Source: Desulfatiglandales bacterium
Lineage (GTDB): Bacteria > Desulfobacterota > DSM-4660 > Desulfatiglandales > Desulfatiglandaceae
Assembly (NCBI GenBank): GCA_963666345.1
Contig: OY762721.1
Span: forward strand, 3,776,001-3,840,000
Length of the DNA: 64,000 nt
Direction of reading: 5' to 3'
Part shown: one piece after another, positions 17,857 to 26,853 of the stretch
Position numbering within the stretch: position 1 is the stretch's first letter
Layout: every line of letters starts with the position of its first letter
Notes under the pieces: model-generated
The model's database searches: none
Seen by the model: only the letters and a program-made list of their open reading frames with translations
Told to the model about the DNA's origin: nothing
Made by a program: the position numbers and the translations under genes

Positions 17857-18483
17857 CTAACTGGTGCTCAAGGCGTCATATATGTCCTTTATGATCTTTT
17901 CCGATGCGCCTTTCATGGCCTTACTCATGGCCTCGGCAAGCGCCCTGGGGGTTTTCTGCGAGCATTCCCGGGTCTCGCGATACACCTTGTCCAGGATCAC
18001 GCGCCTGCTTATGTCGGGCTCGTTCTGCTTTATAAGGGTGATGCCTATGCCGAGCGTGGCCTTCCAGCCGGTCGAGCTGTCCTGTTCATAGAACTCATCG
18101 ACCGAGCCTTCGATCAGATGGGAGGAGCGGGAAACGCTTCCGGGAGAGAGCACCGCGTTGAACAGGCCGGAACGTCTGATGTCGCGTCCTATGAAATAGG
18201 TAGCCAGATCGGCCGGATTCGCCCTCCAGCGGTGGTACGCGTAGTGCTCCCTTTCAAAGGATTTCTCCCTGTAGACTATCTGGTTGGTGTTGTAAAAGGG
18301 CGCCACACTGAATCTTTCAAGTTTCAGGACAAACGGAAGGGGCCTTTTTTCAGTAAAGGCGGGTTCGGCATACTCCAGGGTGTAAAAGGATATCTTGTTC
18401 CTAGGCTGCTTAAGATTGACACATGCACCGAGCATCAGTGATGCAACCAGGACGATTATCATCCCTACCCGTTTTACGTTCAT
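17857..18483 (-). CDS. ABC transport auxiliary lipoprotein (PqiC-like)
   Basis: Lipobox 'LGAC'; 'YHRWRANP'; last gene of an Mla-like operon. Confidence 0.85.
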   Translation of the reverse strand: MNVKRVGMIIVLVASLMLGACVNLKQPRNKISFYTLEYAEPAFTEKRPLPFVLKLERFSVAPFYNTNQIVYREKSFEREHYAYHRWRANPADLATYFIGRDIRRSGLFNAVLSPGSVSRSSHLIEGSVDEFYEQDSSTGWKATLGIGITLIKQNEPDISRRVILDKVYRETRECSQKTPRALAEAMSKAMKGASEKIIKDIYDALSTS

Positions 18484-18535
18484 GACCTGCTCTCCCTTTC
18501 CGATTAATCCCCATCCGGAAATTAAACGGTGAAAA

Positions 18536-19549
18536 TTAATTACCTTCATTTGATTCAACCTTCCTGGGCAGGGGAGGCTCCCCGAAAATAAGCTGAGACG
18601 GCTGATCCGCAAGCAGCTCAAACACCCTGTTGAGATTTTCACTCGCCCTTTCCATGTTCTGCCCCACCACCAGGAGTTGACGGGTAAGATTGGCAAGTGC
18701 GTCGTCGGATCCCTTTGCCAGGTCAGAGCCCTTTTCCAGGAACATATCGGCCTTTCCTACGGCGACCCGCAGGTCCTCTATGGCCTTTGCGATATTTTCC
18801 CTGTTTTCCCTTATAAGGCCTCCTGCCTGCTCAAGTGTGCTGTCTATCCTGCCCAGGCTTCCTCCGACCCTGCCAAGGAGTGCCCTGGCCGAGCCAAGCG
18901 TCTTTTCAGTTGAAGCCAGTATCTGCTCCCATCTGTCGCTGTCGATTATCCTGTCCACATTTTTGAGTGTGACCTTCAACTGCCCGGATACCCCCTGCGC
19001 GTCGGCATCTGAAAGGAAGGCCGATACATTGTCCAGGGTCGTCTTGATCTTTTGGGAAATACCCGCCAGGTCAACCAGGCGGACCTGGTTTATGATATCG
19101 TCAAGCCCGTGTATCAATTTGCTTATATCGGAAGGTTTTGAAGAGACAATGGGATTGTTGGAGGGAAAATCGATTCGGGGCGACAGGTCTGGTTGTCCCG
19201 GTTTTTTCCTGTCGATTTCAACAAACATGCTTCCGGTAATTCCTACCGTTTTGAGCTGGGCAACCATGCTGCTGTCGAGACTCTGATCGGTTTCCAGCTT
19301 GAGAATCACCTCAATCAGTTTTTCATCAGGTGCAACCCCTATCCTGTCCACCCTGCCTATGGGCACCCCCCTGTATTTCACGGGCGAGTCCTTGTCCAGT
19401 CCCTGAACCGATTCGTTGAAATAGGTGGCGTAGAATTTACCCTTCTGCAGGAACCTGGACATGCCCAGCCATATGAAAGAGGTAAGGGCGATGGTTATTC
19501 CAAACGCCACGAACAGCCCTACACTGAATTTAGCCCTCTTGGAGGCCAT
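18536..19549 (-). CDS. MCE/MlaD family protein
   Basis: N-terminal TM; 'SVQGLDKDSPVKYRGVPIGRV'; helical C-terminus. Confidence 0.92.
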   Translation of the reverse strand: MASKRAKFSVGLFVAFGITIALTSFIWLGMSRFLQKGKFYATYFNESVQGLDKDSPVKYRGVPIGRVDRIGVAPDEKLIEVILKLETDQSLDSSMVAQLKTVGITGSMFVEIDRKKPGQPDLSPRIDFPSNNPIVSSKPSDISKLIHGLDDIINQVRLVDLAGISQKIKTTLDNVSAFLSDADAQGVSGQLKVTLKNVDRIIDSDRWEQILASTEKTLGSARALLGRVGGSLGRIDSTLEQAGGLIRENRENIAKAIEDLRVAVGKADMFLEKGSDLAKGSDDALANLTRQLLVVGQNMERASENLNRVFELLADQPSQLIFGEPPLPRKVESNEGN

Positions 19550-20331
19550 CAGGAAATATCCTCCCTGTTTTGTGAGTCATCTTCCGCAAGCCGGTTGAAA
19601 AACCTTTTAACAAACGGATTGCGGCTGTTTTTTTTCAGGTATTCGGGATCGCCTTCAGCCACTATTCCCTTGACTGTCTTGTCCAGCATGATAACCCTCT
19701 GGGCCACACTGAAGATGCTTTGAAGCTCATGGGTCACGATCACCATTGTCGTGCCGAGGCTCCTGTTGAGCCTTAAGATGAGGCTGTCCAGCTCAGCCGA
19801 CGTGACCGGGTCAAGGCCTGCGGACGGCTCGTCAAAAAAAAGGATCTTGGGGCTGAGGGCCATTGCGCGAGCAAGACCCGCCCTTTTTTTCATGCCCCCG
19901 CTTATCTCCGAAGGAAGGTGGTTTTCGTAGCCCCCGAGATTTACCAGGTCCAGTTTCATGCCCACTATTTTCCCTATCAGATCAACCGGCAGGTCGGTAT
20001 ATTCAAGTATGGGCATGGCAATGTTTTCAAACAGGGTCATGGATCCGAAAAGCGCCCCGCTCTGGTAGAGGACCCCTATCTTTCGAAATACCTGGTTGAG
20101 TTGCTCCTCATTGCCGTCCGATATGTCGATCCCGTCGATGGTTATCCTGCCTGACTGAGGCTGCATCAGCCCTATCAGGTGCTTCAGTAGGGTGCTTTTT
20201 CCGCACCCGCTTCCGCCAAGTATGACAAATACCTCGCCTTCATATACATCAAAGGATACGCGCTCAAGTATGGTGCTGTCCCCATAGCCGCCTGTAAGCT
20301 CTTTTACCTGAATCAGCCTGTCGCCTCTCAT
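19549..20331 (-). CDS. MlaF-like ABC ATPase
   Basis: Walker A GGSGCGKS; 'ISGGMKKR'; 'FFDEPSAGLDP'. Confidence 0.93.
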   Translation of the reverse strand: MRGDRLIQVKELTGGYGDSTILERVSFDVYEGEVFVILGGSGCGKSTLLKHLIGLMQPQSGRITIDGIDISDGNEEQLNQVFRKIGVLYQSGALFGSMTLFENIAMPILEYTDLPVDLIGKIVGMKLDLVNLGGYENHLPSEISGGMKKRAGLARAMALSPKILFFDEPSAGLDPVTSAELDSLILRLNRSLGTTMVIVTHELQSIFSVAQRVIMLDKTVKGIVAEGDPEYLKKNSRNPFVKRFFNRLAEDDSQNREDIS

Positions 20332-20339
20332 TAGCCGTC

Positions 20340-21485
20340 CTATCCCCAGTAGCGGAGAATAACCGCGAAAAGGGAATCGATCACGATTATCATGAATATG
20401 CTGCTTACCACGGCCGAGGTGGTCGCCCGGCCTACCGATGAGGGCCCTCCGATCACCTGAAAGCCCCTCAGACATCCTATAAAGGATATTATGAGGGCGA
20501 ATACGCCGCTTTTAAAGATACCCCAGTAGATATCAAAGAGGGTGAGCGTGTCGACCGTCTGATTTATGTAGGCGCTTGCGGTAAGATCCAGCATGGACAC
20601 ACCCACTACAAGGCCTCCCGCCATGGCGAAGATGTTTGAAAAAAGGGTCAGCAGGGGTACCACGATCACGGCCGCGATCATCCTGGGCGCGACAAGAAAC
20701 AGGACCGGATCAAAGCCCATGGTAAAGAGAGCATCGACCTCTTCCGACACCTTCATGGTGCCTATTTCCGCGGCAAAGGCGGACCCTGACCTGCCGGCCA
20801 CGATAATCGAGGTCATAATGGGCCCCAGCTCCCGGGTCATTGCAAGCCCTACAAGGGAGGCCACATATATGTTGGCTCCGAACTGCTGGAGCTGAACAGA
20901 TGACATGAAGGCCATTATGAGCCCGAGCAGGAAACTGATGAGTCCCACAATCGGAAGGGCCGCCACCCCTGTCTTGTGCATGAAAGACAGCGTGTCATCC
21001 AGCCTCAGCCCTCTGGGCCGCCTTGCTATTGAAAAAAATGAAAAGATCACCGAGCCCAGAAAAAAAATCATGTCTCTGGCGTTTGCCATATCACGGATGA
21101 TAGAGTTTCCCAGCCGGACCATGACCCCTTCATTCTGATTCTGGGGCAGGGAAAGGCCTTTTACCAGGGAGGGGAAATGGTGGAGAAATAATATCTCCTT
21201 TGCCTCTTTGCCCAGGTTTTTGAGCCTGTAGTCACCCGCGCCTTCAGAGGAAATCCTTTTAAGCTCGGATAGCAGAAGCACACCGAAATCATCCAGATAA
21301 TTCACCTTTTCCATGTCCACAGTTAGCGAACCGGGCGCGGATTTTCTGAGAATGGAAACAAGGCGCTTGATTATACCGGGTGATGAGGCGGCATCGAGAC
21401 TGCCCTTCAGGGCGATAGTGATACCGTCTTCACCATCCTCGGTTATTTCAAAGCCCGTATTTTCCGAATATCTTTCCGGTTTCAT
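20340..21485 (-). CDS. STAS-MlaE fusion permease
   Basis: N-terminal STAS; 'RELGPIMTSIIVAGRSGSAFAAEIGTMKVSEEVDAL'. Confidence 0.93.
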   Translation of the reverse strand: MKPERYSENTGFEITEDGEDGITIALKGSLDAASSPGIIKRLVSILRKSAPGSLTVDMEKVNYLDDFGVLLLSELKRISSEGAGDYRLKNLGKEAKEILFLHHFPSLVKGLSLPQNQNEGVMVRLGNSIIRDMANARDMIFFLGSVIFSFFSIARRPRGLRLDDTLSFMHKTGVAALPIVGLISFLLGLIMAFMSSVQLQQFGANIYVASLVGLAMTRELGPIMTSIIVAGRSGSAFAAEIGTMKVSEEVDALFTMGFDPVLFLVAPRMIAAVIVVPLLTLFSNIFAMAGGLVVGVSMLDLTASAYINQTVDTLTLFDIYWGIFKSGVFALIISFIGCLRGFQVIGGPSSVGRATTSAVVSSIFMIIVIDSLFAVILRYWG

Positions 21486-21489
21486 ATTA

Positions 21490-22800
21490 TCAGGGTCCGC
21501 TTATCCTGAATGATTTTAACTGTTCTTCATCCATGTCGTAATTATTTTTGAGTACCTCCAGGTCCATCTGGAATACTATCCAGCCTGTGGGGCGATCTTT
21601 TTCCCGCAGTCTCATTGCCACTTCAACGCATTTTTTGCCCATCGGGTGGTCGCTGTCTCTTCTGTAGAGACAGAGCACCTTGTGAATCGATCTGTCGTCC
21701 CCCTCAAAGCAGATTCCCGTATAGCTGTTTCCTATCAATTGCTCAGGATCAATCGATTTATCAATGGAATAGGCGTCAAAGACCTTTTTGCCCCGCCCCA
21801 GCAGGACAAGCCCTGAGTATGGCGCGGTCTTTGCGGTCTGAACAGAGAAAAACTGCTTCATCAGGCGGGTGGTTTCCCGTCTGTTTCCGGCTGAAAAGGG
21901 TTTTTCAAGTAGTGATTTCAGGACAAGATAGTCCTTGGCCAGCTGGTTCCGGAGGTATTCCTTCTGAATATCTGAACTGAATGAGCCCTTTTTATAATAG
22001 GGGTACCCGTAAAAGACCGCGGCCGCCATGAGCAGGAGCAGTAAAATCGAAGGGATAAGCCAGTACCTGGCCATTTTGTATCTTCTTTCGATCTTTACCG
22101 TCTCAGTGACATCGCGGCCAAGGGAAAGAATGCCCTGGAAATTGTGGTGACCGTCGTACAGGACCGTAGTGGTGGTGGAGATGAAGCGAACACCCTTTTC
22201 AGGGTGCCTTATCTTGAAGACATCCTTATCCGGCCGGTTTCCCGCCTTGATCTTCTTGAGAAGGTCCCTGTAGGCCGCGGGGTCCTCATATATGTCGTCG
22301 GCGCGTTTTTCTTTTTTCGCGTCCCAGTCGGTGCCGTAAAGGTTCTGCGCCGCACTGTTCCAGGTAAGTATCTTGCCGTCCCTGTCGGTGATCAGGACCG
22401 CGTCCGGGAGTTGATCACAGAACTCCTTGAACCCGTATACCATCTGCCCTGTCTCATCCAGCCGCTGAGCCAGAAGGGTCGCTATCTGCCTTGTAATCTC
22501 GGGGGACTCATTGAGCAGCGTGGACAGGGCGTCTTTGGGAACACGCAGTGCCTCCACATCGCTTGAGGCCTTGACCGTCGCGGTCCTCCTTGCCCCGAGG
22601 AAAAAAGACATCTCACCGAAAAGGCTCCCCTCTTTGGTGATCTCCGATATCTTTTTCTGCCCCTTGAAGATATCCACACTGCCTGAGATAAGGAGGTAGA
22701 GGTCTTCTGAATTGTCTCCCTCAAGGAAGATTATCTGTCCGACATCATAATTCGTGACATACTTTTTCAGATCGGGTCTGTTTATGATGTCTTCCAGCAT
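21490..22800 (-). CDS. cNMP-binding + PAS domain membrane protein
   Basis: 'FGEMSFFLGARRTATVKA'; PAS 'PDAVLITDRDGKILTWNSAA'; one TM; C-terminal extracytoplasmic region. Confidence 0.82.
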   Translation of the reverse strand: MLEDIINRPDLKKYVTNYDVGQIIFLEGDNSEDLYLLISGSVDIFKGQKKISEITKEGSLFGEMSFFLGARRTATVKASSDVEALRVPKDALSTLLNESPEITRQIATLLAQRLDETGQMVYGFKEFCDQLPDAVLITDRDGKILTWNSAAQNLYGTDWDAKKEKRADDIYEDPAAYRDLLKKIKAGNRPDKDVFKIRHPEKGVRFISTTTTVLYDGHHNFQGILSLGRDVTETVKIERRYKMARYWLIPSILLLLLMAAAVFYGYPYYKKGSFSSDIQKEYLRNQLAKDYLVLKSLLEKPFSAGNRRETTRLMKQFFSVQTAKTAPYSGLVLLGRGKKVFDAYSIDKSIDPEQLIGNSYTGICFEGDDRSIHKVLCLYRRDSDHPMGKKCVEVAMRLREKDRPTGWIVFQMDLEVLKNNYDMDEEQLKSFRISGP

Positions 22801-23056
22801 GGGTATCCCATCGACTGCGCGGTTGAAGCCCGAGCGATCTTATAAAGATCAGGTTGAAAGGGGCGGCCTAAATGAAAAAAGGGCGGTAAACAATTTGAAG
22901 AGATTATACGAGAACGGCCCTTTTATCAATATCAAATCGAAAATCGCGCACGGTCTTGGAAAAAAGGACCCAAAATATTTGATTATTGACCTGAAGCGGT
23001 TTATGGTTAAAATCGTAAATGATCAAAATCGTGTAAAAAATTCGGAGGTCTTTGTC

Positions 23057-23992
23057 TTGAAAGGAAACATAGTATATGGCCCGGTCCCTTCCAGGAGGCT
23101 GGGACGTTCACTGGGTGTCGATCTTGTACCCTATAAGGTCTGTTCTTATGACTGCGTGTACTGTCAGTTGGGCTCCACAGGCCAAACCGTAATCGAGCGC
23201 AAACCCTACATCCCTCTTGACGCCATACTTTCTCAGCTTTCCAAAAAGCTCAAAAGCGGGGTAAAAGCGGATTTTATAACCCTTGCCGGTTCAGGCGAGC
23301 CCACGCTCAACAGCGAACTCGGCGATATCATAAAAGAGATAAGAAAGATTTCGGACCTGCCTCTTTCCCTTATCACAAACGGATCTCTGTTCTGGGATGA
23401 GCGGGTAAGAAAGGCGGCCGTTGGCGCGGATCTGGTACTGCCTTCACTTGATGCGTGGGATCAGAAGGGTTTTGAGACCATTAACCGGCCCAATTCCGGG
23501 ATCATGTTCAATGAAATGGCTGAAGGACTCGTGACATTCAGCAGGGAATACTCCGGCGCCATATGGCTTGAGATCTTCCTGCTTGAAGGGATAAATTCAA
23601 CGGAAGAGGACGCGGGGCGTTTCAGGGAGTGGATAAAAAGGATGGATCCTGAAAGGGTGCAGATAAACACGGCCGTTCGCCCGCCGGCCGAGCGCAAGGT
23701 GTCCGCGGTTGATATGCCGGGCCTGGATAATTTCTGCCGCCTGCTCGGGGAAAAGGCTGAGATTGTCGCATCCTTTAAAGACCATGATGCGCCGGGAAGC
23801 AAGCCTGGCCTTGAGGCGGATATCCTTGAACTCCTGGAAAGGCGGCCGTGTACGCTGGAAGATATCTCGTCCGGGCTGGGCGTGCACAGAAACGAGGTAA
23901 TAAAATATCTGGATTCGCTTCTTTCAACAGGTCAGGTGGAACAGGTTGAAAGAGAATCGGCCGGATATTACCGGGTCAGAAGGGATTCCTGA
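23057..23992 (+). CDS. Radical SAM protein (TYW1/COG0731-like)
   Basis: 'YGPVPSRRLGRSLG'; CxxxCxxC 'CSYDCVYC'; 'GSGEPTL'; TTG start after GGAGG. Confidence 0.9.
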   Translation: MKGNIVYGPVPSRRLGRSLGVDLVPYKVCSYDCVYCQLGSTGQTVIERKPYIPLDAILSQLSKKLKSGVKADFITLAGSGEPTLNSELGDIIKEIRKISDLPLSLITNGSLFWDERVRKAAVGADLVLPSLDAWDQKGFETINRPNSGIMFNEMAEGLVTFSREYSGAIWLEIFLLEGINSTEEDAGRFREWIKRMDPERVQINTAVRPPAERKVSAVDMPGLDNFCRLLGEKAEIVASFKDHDAPGSKPGLEADILELLERRPCTLEDISSGLGVHRNEVIKYLDSLLSTGQVEQVERESAGYYRVRRDS

Positions 23993-24011
23993 TTCTGCAG
24001 GGTGATGCCGG

Positions 24012-24172
24012 GGCTCAAAGGTTTAAGGATTAAAGGGTCGAGGTGGGGGAGCCGTTTCCCGCTTTTCTCGCCAACTTATAAGACCGGGGAAACCGGGAAC
24101 CCGCTCCGAGGTTTCCGAGGGGTGGGACTGAGCGAAGCGGAGCGGAGCAAAGAAAAAGCCCCGGCGCCTCCG
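24012..24172. repeat. Composite intergenic repeat (octamer tract plus modules shared with 34111-34159 and 45331-45362)
   Basis: 24091-24139 matches 34111-34159 at 43/49 positions; the flanks match 45331-45362. Confidence 0.75.
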
Positions 24173-24223
24173 CTTACACTGATTGAGGCGGATATCGGGC
24201 AAAAGTACCATCCTTGATGGAAA

Positions 24224-25381
24224 CTAGATGACCGGTCCCACCATATATATATCCATGGATGCGGTGTAGCCGGAGATCTCAGCCTTTGTCAGCTTGCCTG
24301 AAGCGACCTCCAGGATCTCCGAAAAGAGCCTTTTGCCTGCCGCGTCCATAGACTCCGATCCCCCAAGGACGGAGCTTACGTCCATGTCCATATGATCGTT
24401 GAGCCTCTCCCATGTCGATTCATTGCCTGTTATCTTGATTACAGGTACAAATGGGAATCCCTGCGGGGCGCCCCGGCCGGTGGTGAAGCAGATCATGTTG
24501 CATCCAGCGGCGGCAAGGCCTGTAAGGATTTCAGGCTCCCTTCCGGGAGAGTCCATGACGGAGAGCCCCTTTACTTCGGGACGGACCCCGTATTCATAAA
24601 CCGCCTGGATAGGGGCGGTTCCGGCCTTGGCAATGGCGCCGAGAGACTTTTCCTCGATGGTGGTAAGCCCCCCTTTGATGTTTCCGCCCGTTGGCTGGCC
24701 CCCCCGTATGTCACAGCCCACCGACTTGGCCCTGTTCTCCATTCTTTCGACAAACTCCAAAATCCTGCCGGCTGTTTCTTCATCTTTGGCGTGTTTTGCA
24801 AGGAGATGCTCGGCCCCTATGAATTCGGTTACCTCTCCAAGTATGGATGTGCCCCCGTTTTCAATCAGGATATCCGAGGCCTTTCCAAGCACGGGATTGG
24901 AGGAAAGCCCGGAGGTCGTATCCGAACTTCCGCATTTAAGACCCAGTATAAGTTCGGATGCGTCACAGGGGACCCTTTTATTTTTTGATGCCTCCTGAAC
25001 CATCTTCTGCACCAGCAGTTCTCCGGCGGCTATCGAGCGGGCGGCCCCGCCTTCCTCCTGTATTACAATCTTCTCCACCCTTTTCCCGGTAAGCCTGATC
25101 GCATCCGCCACCTCTTCGACATCAACGCTCTCACAGCCGAGACTCACCAGCAGCACCGATGCAAGATTGGGATTTTTTCCGAGCCCGATCAGCGCGTCCG
25201 TCACCCTCTTAATGTCGACAGGGGTCTGACAGCACCCCTGATGATGTATGAAAAGGGAGCTTCCCGCCACCCTCTTGGAGATTGCCATTGCAACCTCATT
25301 TGCGCAGGTGACCGTTGTAAGAATCCCAACGTAGTTTCTCGTAGCCACTGCGTCCTGCCTTCTGTATCCCATGAATTCCAT
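24224..25381 (-). CDS. UxaA/GarD family dehydratase large subunit
   Basis: 'RNYVGIL', 'HHQGC', 'KCGSSD', 'GGLTTIEEKSLG', 'FTTGRG'. Confidence 0.92.
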   Translation of the reverse strand: MEFMGYRRQDAVATRNYVGILTTVTCANEVAMAISKRVAGSSLFIHHQGCCQTPVDIKRVTDALIGLGKNPNLASVLLVSLGCESVDVEEVADAIRLTGKRVEKIVIQEEGGAARSIAAGELLVQKMVQEASKNKRVPCDASELILGLKCGSSDTTSGLSSNPVLGKASDILIENGGTSILGEVTEFIGAEHLLAKHAKDEETAGRILEFVERMENRAKSVGCDIRGGQPTGGNIKGGLTTIEEKSLGAIAKAGTAPIQAVYEYGVRPEVKGLSVMDSPGREPEILTGLAAAGCNMICFTTGRGAPQGFPFVPVIKITGNESTWERLNDHMDMDVSSVLGGSESMDAAGKRLFSEILEVASGKLTKAEISGYTASMDIYMVGPVI

Positions 25382-25418
25382 GAATTTGTTTCTCCTGCTT
25401 TTTTTCCGGTTGAAATGT

Positions 25419-25709
25419 CTACTTCCTGTCGCCCCTGCCTCTAAGGCTCTCAATGTTCTGAACATGCGCGTGAAACCCCGCCTGTATGTCCCGGGTGGCG
25501 GCCCCTATCACCTCTCCATACTTGAGGATCTCCTGGCCGGTCTTTATCCCCCGGATAGCGAATTTGTGGCCGTAAGGAATGTCTTCACGCACGGAAAACT
25601 CCCTTTTTTCTTCCCCCTGCGCAATCAGGATCTTTTCATCCGCGCTTATCTGTCTGAGGCTTGTGGCCACGTTATCCTTTTCATTCAGTCTGATCGCATC
25701 TATGTCCAT
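25419..25709 (-). CDS. SAF-domain small subunit of UxaA-type dehydratase
   Basis: 'DNVAT', 'IPYGHKFA', 'KYGEVIG', 'HAHVQN'. Confidence 0.92.
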   Translation of the reverse strand: MDIDAIRLNEKDNVATSLRQISADEKILIAQGEEKREFSVREDIPYGHKFAIRGIKTGQEILKYGEVIGAATRDIQAGFHAHVQNIESLRGRGDRK

Positions 25710-25725
25710 GTCTGTCTCTCCTGAT

Positions 25726-25894
25726 TCAAGTTTTGACGGCGTCGCAAAAAGTCCAACTGCTGCGTTATGCTTCATCTTTCGTCATTGCGACGTACTGTTA
25801 GTACGCCTCATTCCTCAAGATTCGCAAGCCTTGCATTTGAACTTTCTACTGTGCCGTCTGAATTTTGACTTTTTGCGAATGCATCAAGTTTTGA
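25726..25894. mobile_element. MITE-like element (~160 bp)
   Basis: Imperfect TIRs with core TCGCAAAAAGTC / GACTTTTTGCGA; 11-bp direct repeat TCAAGTTTTGA at 25726 and 25884. Confidence 0.75.
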
Positions 25895-26101
25895 GGTCCT
25901 GTTTCATTTTGGAAAAACCGGCTCTCAAAGCCGGGTCTGAAAACAATGGCGGCCCGCCGTTTGCGGCACGCAATGGACCTTAACATACCTTTATAAAGGT
26001 ATCAAAGTCTATCCTGATTTGCGTCTGTGCCCCCGTTCCCTTGTCCCCGTGTCTTCATGTCTGTCCATCCCTGCTTAAAACCGGATCGGGAGATGAATCG
26101 A

Positions 26102-26782
26102 TCAGAACAATCTATTTACCATGTTTGACACGTTATTTGACCACTGCGAGACTATGTCCGATTTTTCTTCAAAATTACTGCCCCGGGCTATTTTATTGTT
26201 CATTACATCGAAAAATGTCTTTTTCAGTTGTTCTTCGAATTCCCCCGATGCCTCGGAATATCTCTCAAAAACCACTTCGTGGCATCGCACCAGGTCGTGA
26301 ATCCGGTTAAGGGGCAGGGTGTCCCTTAGACCCGTGTCGTTCATGTTTTCATGTATACGGCAGAAGACTATGAACGTATCGGTTTCAAGCCTCAGAAGGT
26401 CCGACCGACGGGCCAGAAGGCGGGCTGCGGTCTTTGTGACCCCGCTGTTATAGGCCGCGGCCCCGGTTATGATCCTGGCGACCTTCCGGGCCTCCTGCGT
26501 TCCGTGATACAGCATGAGCGTGTCGGCAACCGCCTTCAGGGTATCGTAGTCCTTTGTCTTTTTTGCCGTCCATTTGAGGGCGGCCTCTACCTTTCCCTCA
26601 AGTTTAGATCCCCTGTAGATCGAAAGCACGTCCCTTATTTCAGGGACCTTTGACAGGAAGGGGACAGCCTTTTCATAACCCGACCTCCTATGCTTCGAAT
26701 AGGGATACAGGAAAAAATCATTGCCCGGATAATGCCTTGAAATCCTGCGTGACGACTTTGATATCATTTTCATCTTTTTCAA
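26102..26782 (-). CDS. Hypothetical helical protein
   Basis: 226-aa ORF co-oriented downstream of the vWA gene; no recognised motif; start uncertain. Confidence 0.6.
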   Translation of the reverse strand: MKKMKMISKSSRRISRHYPGNDFFLYPYSKHRRSGYEKAVPFLSKVPEIRDVLSIYRGSKLEGKVEAALKWTAKKTKDYDTLKAVADTLMLYHGTQEARKVARIITGAAAYNSGVTKTAARLLARRSDLLRLETDTFIVFCRIHENMNDTGLRDTLPLNRIHDLVRCHEVVFERYSEASGEFEEQLKKTFFDVMNNKIARGSNFEEKSDIVSQWSNNVSNMVNRLF

Positions 26783-26853
26783 CTTCTGTTTTGAGATCCG
26801 GCAGGCCGTGGCCTTAACCGGTTGCGCCCTGTCCGATACGAAACCCGGCTGTA

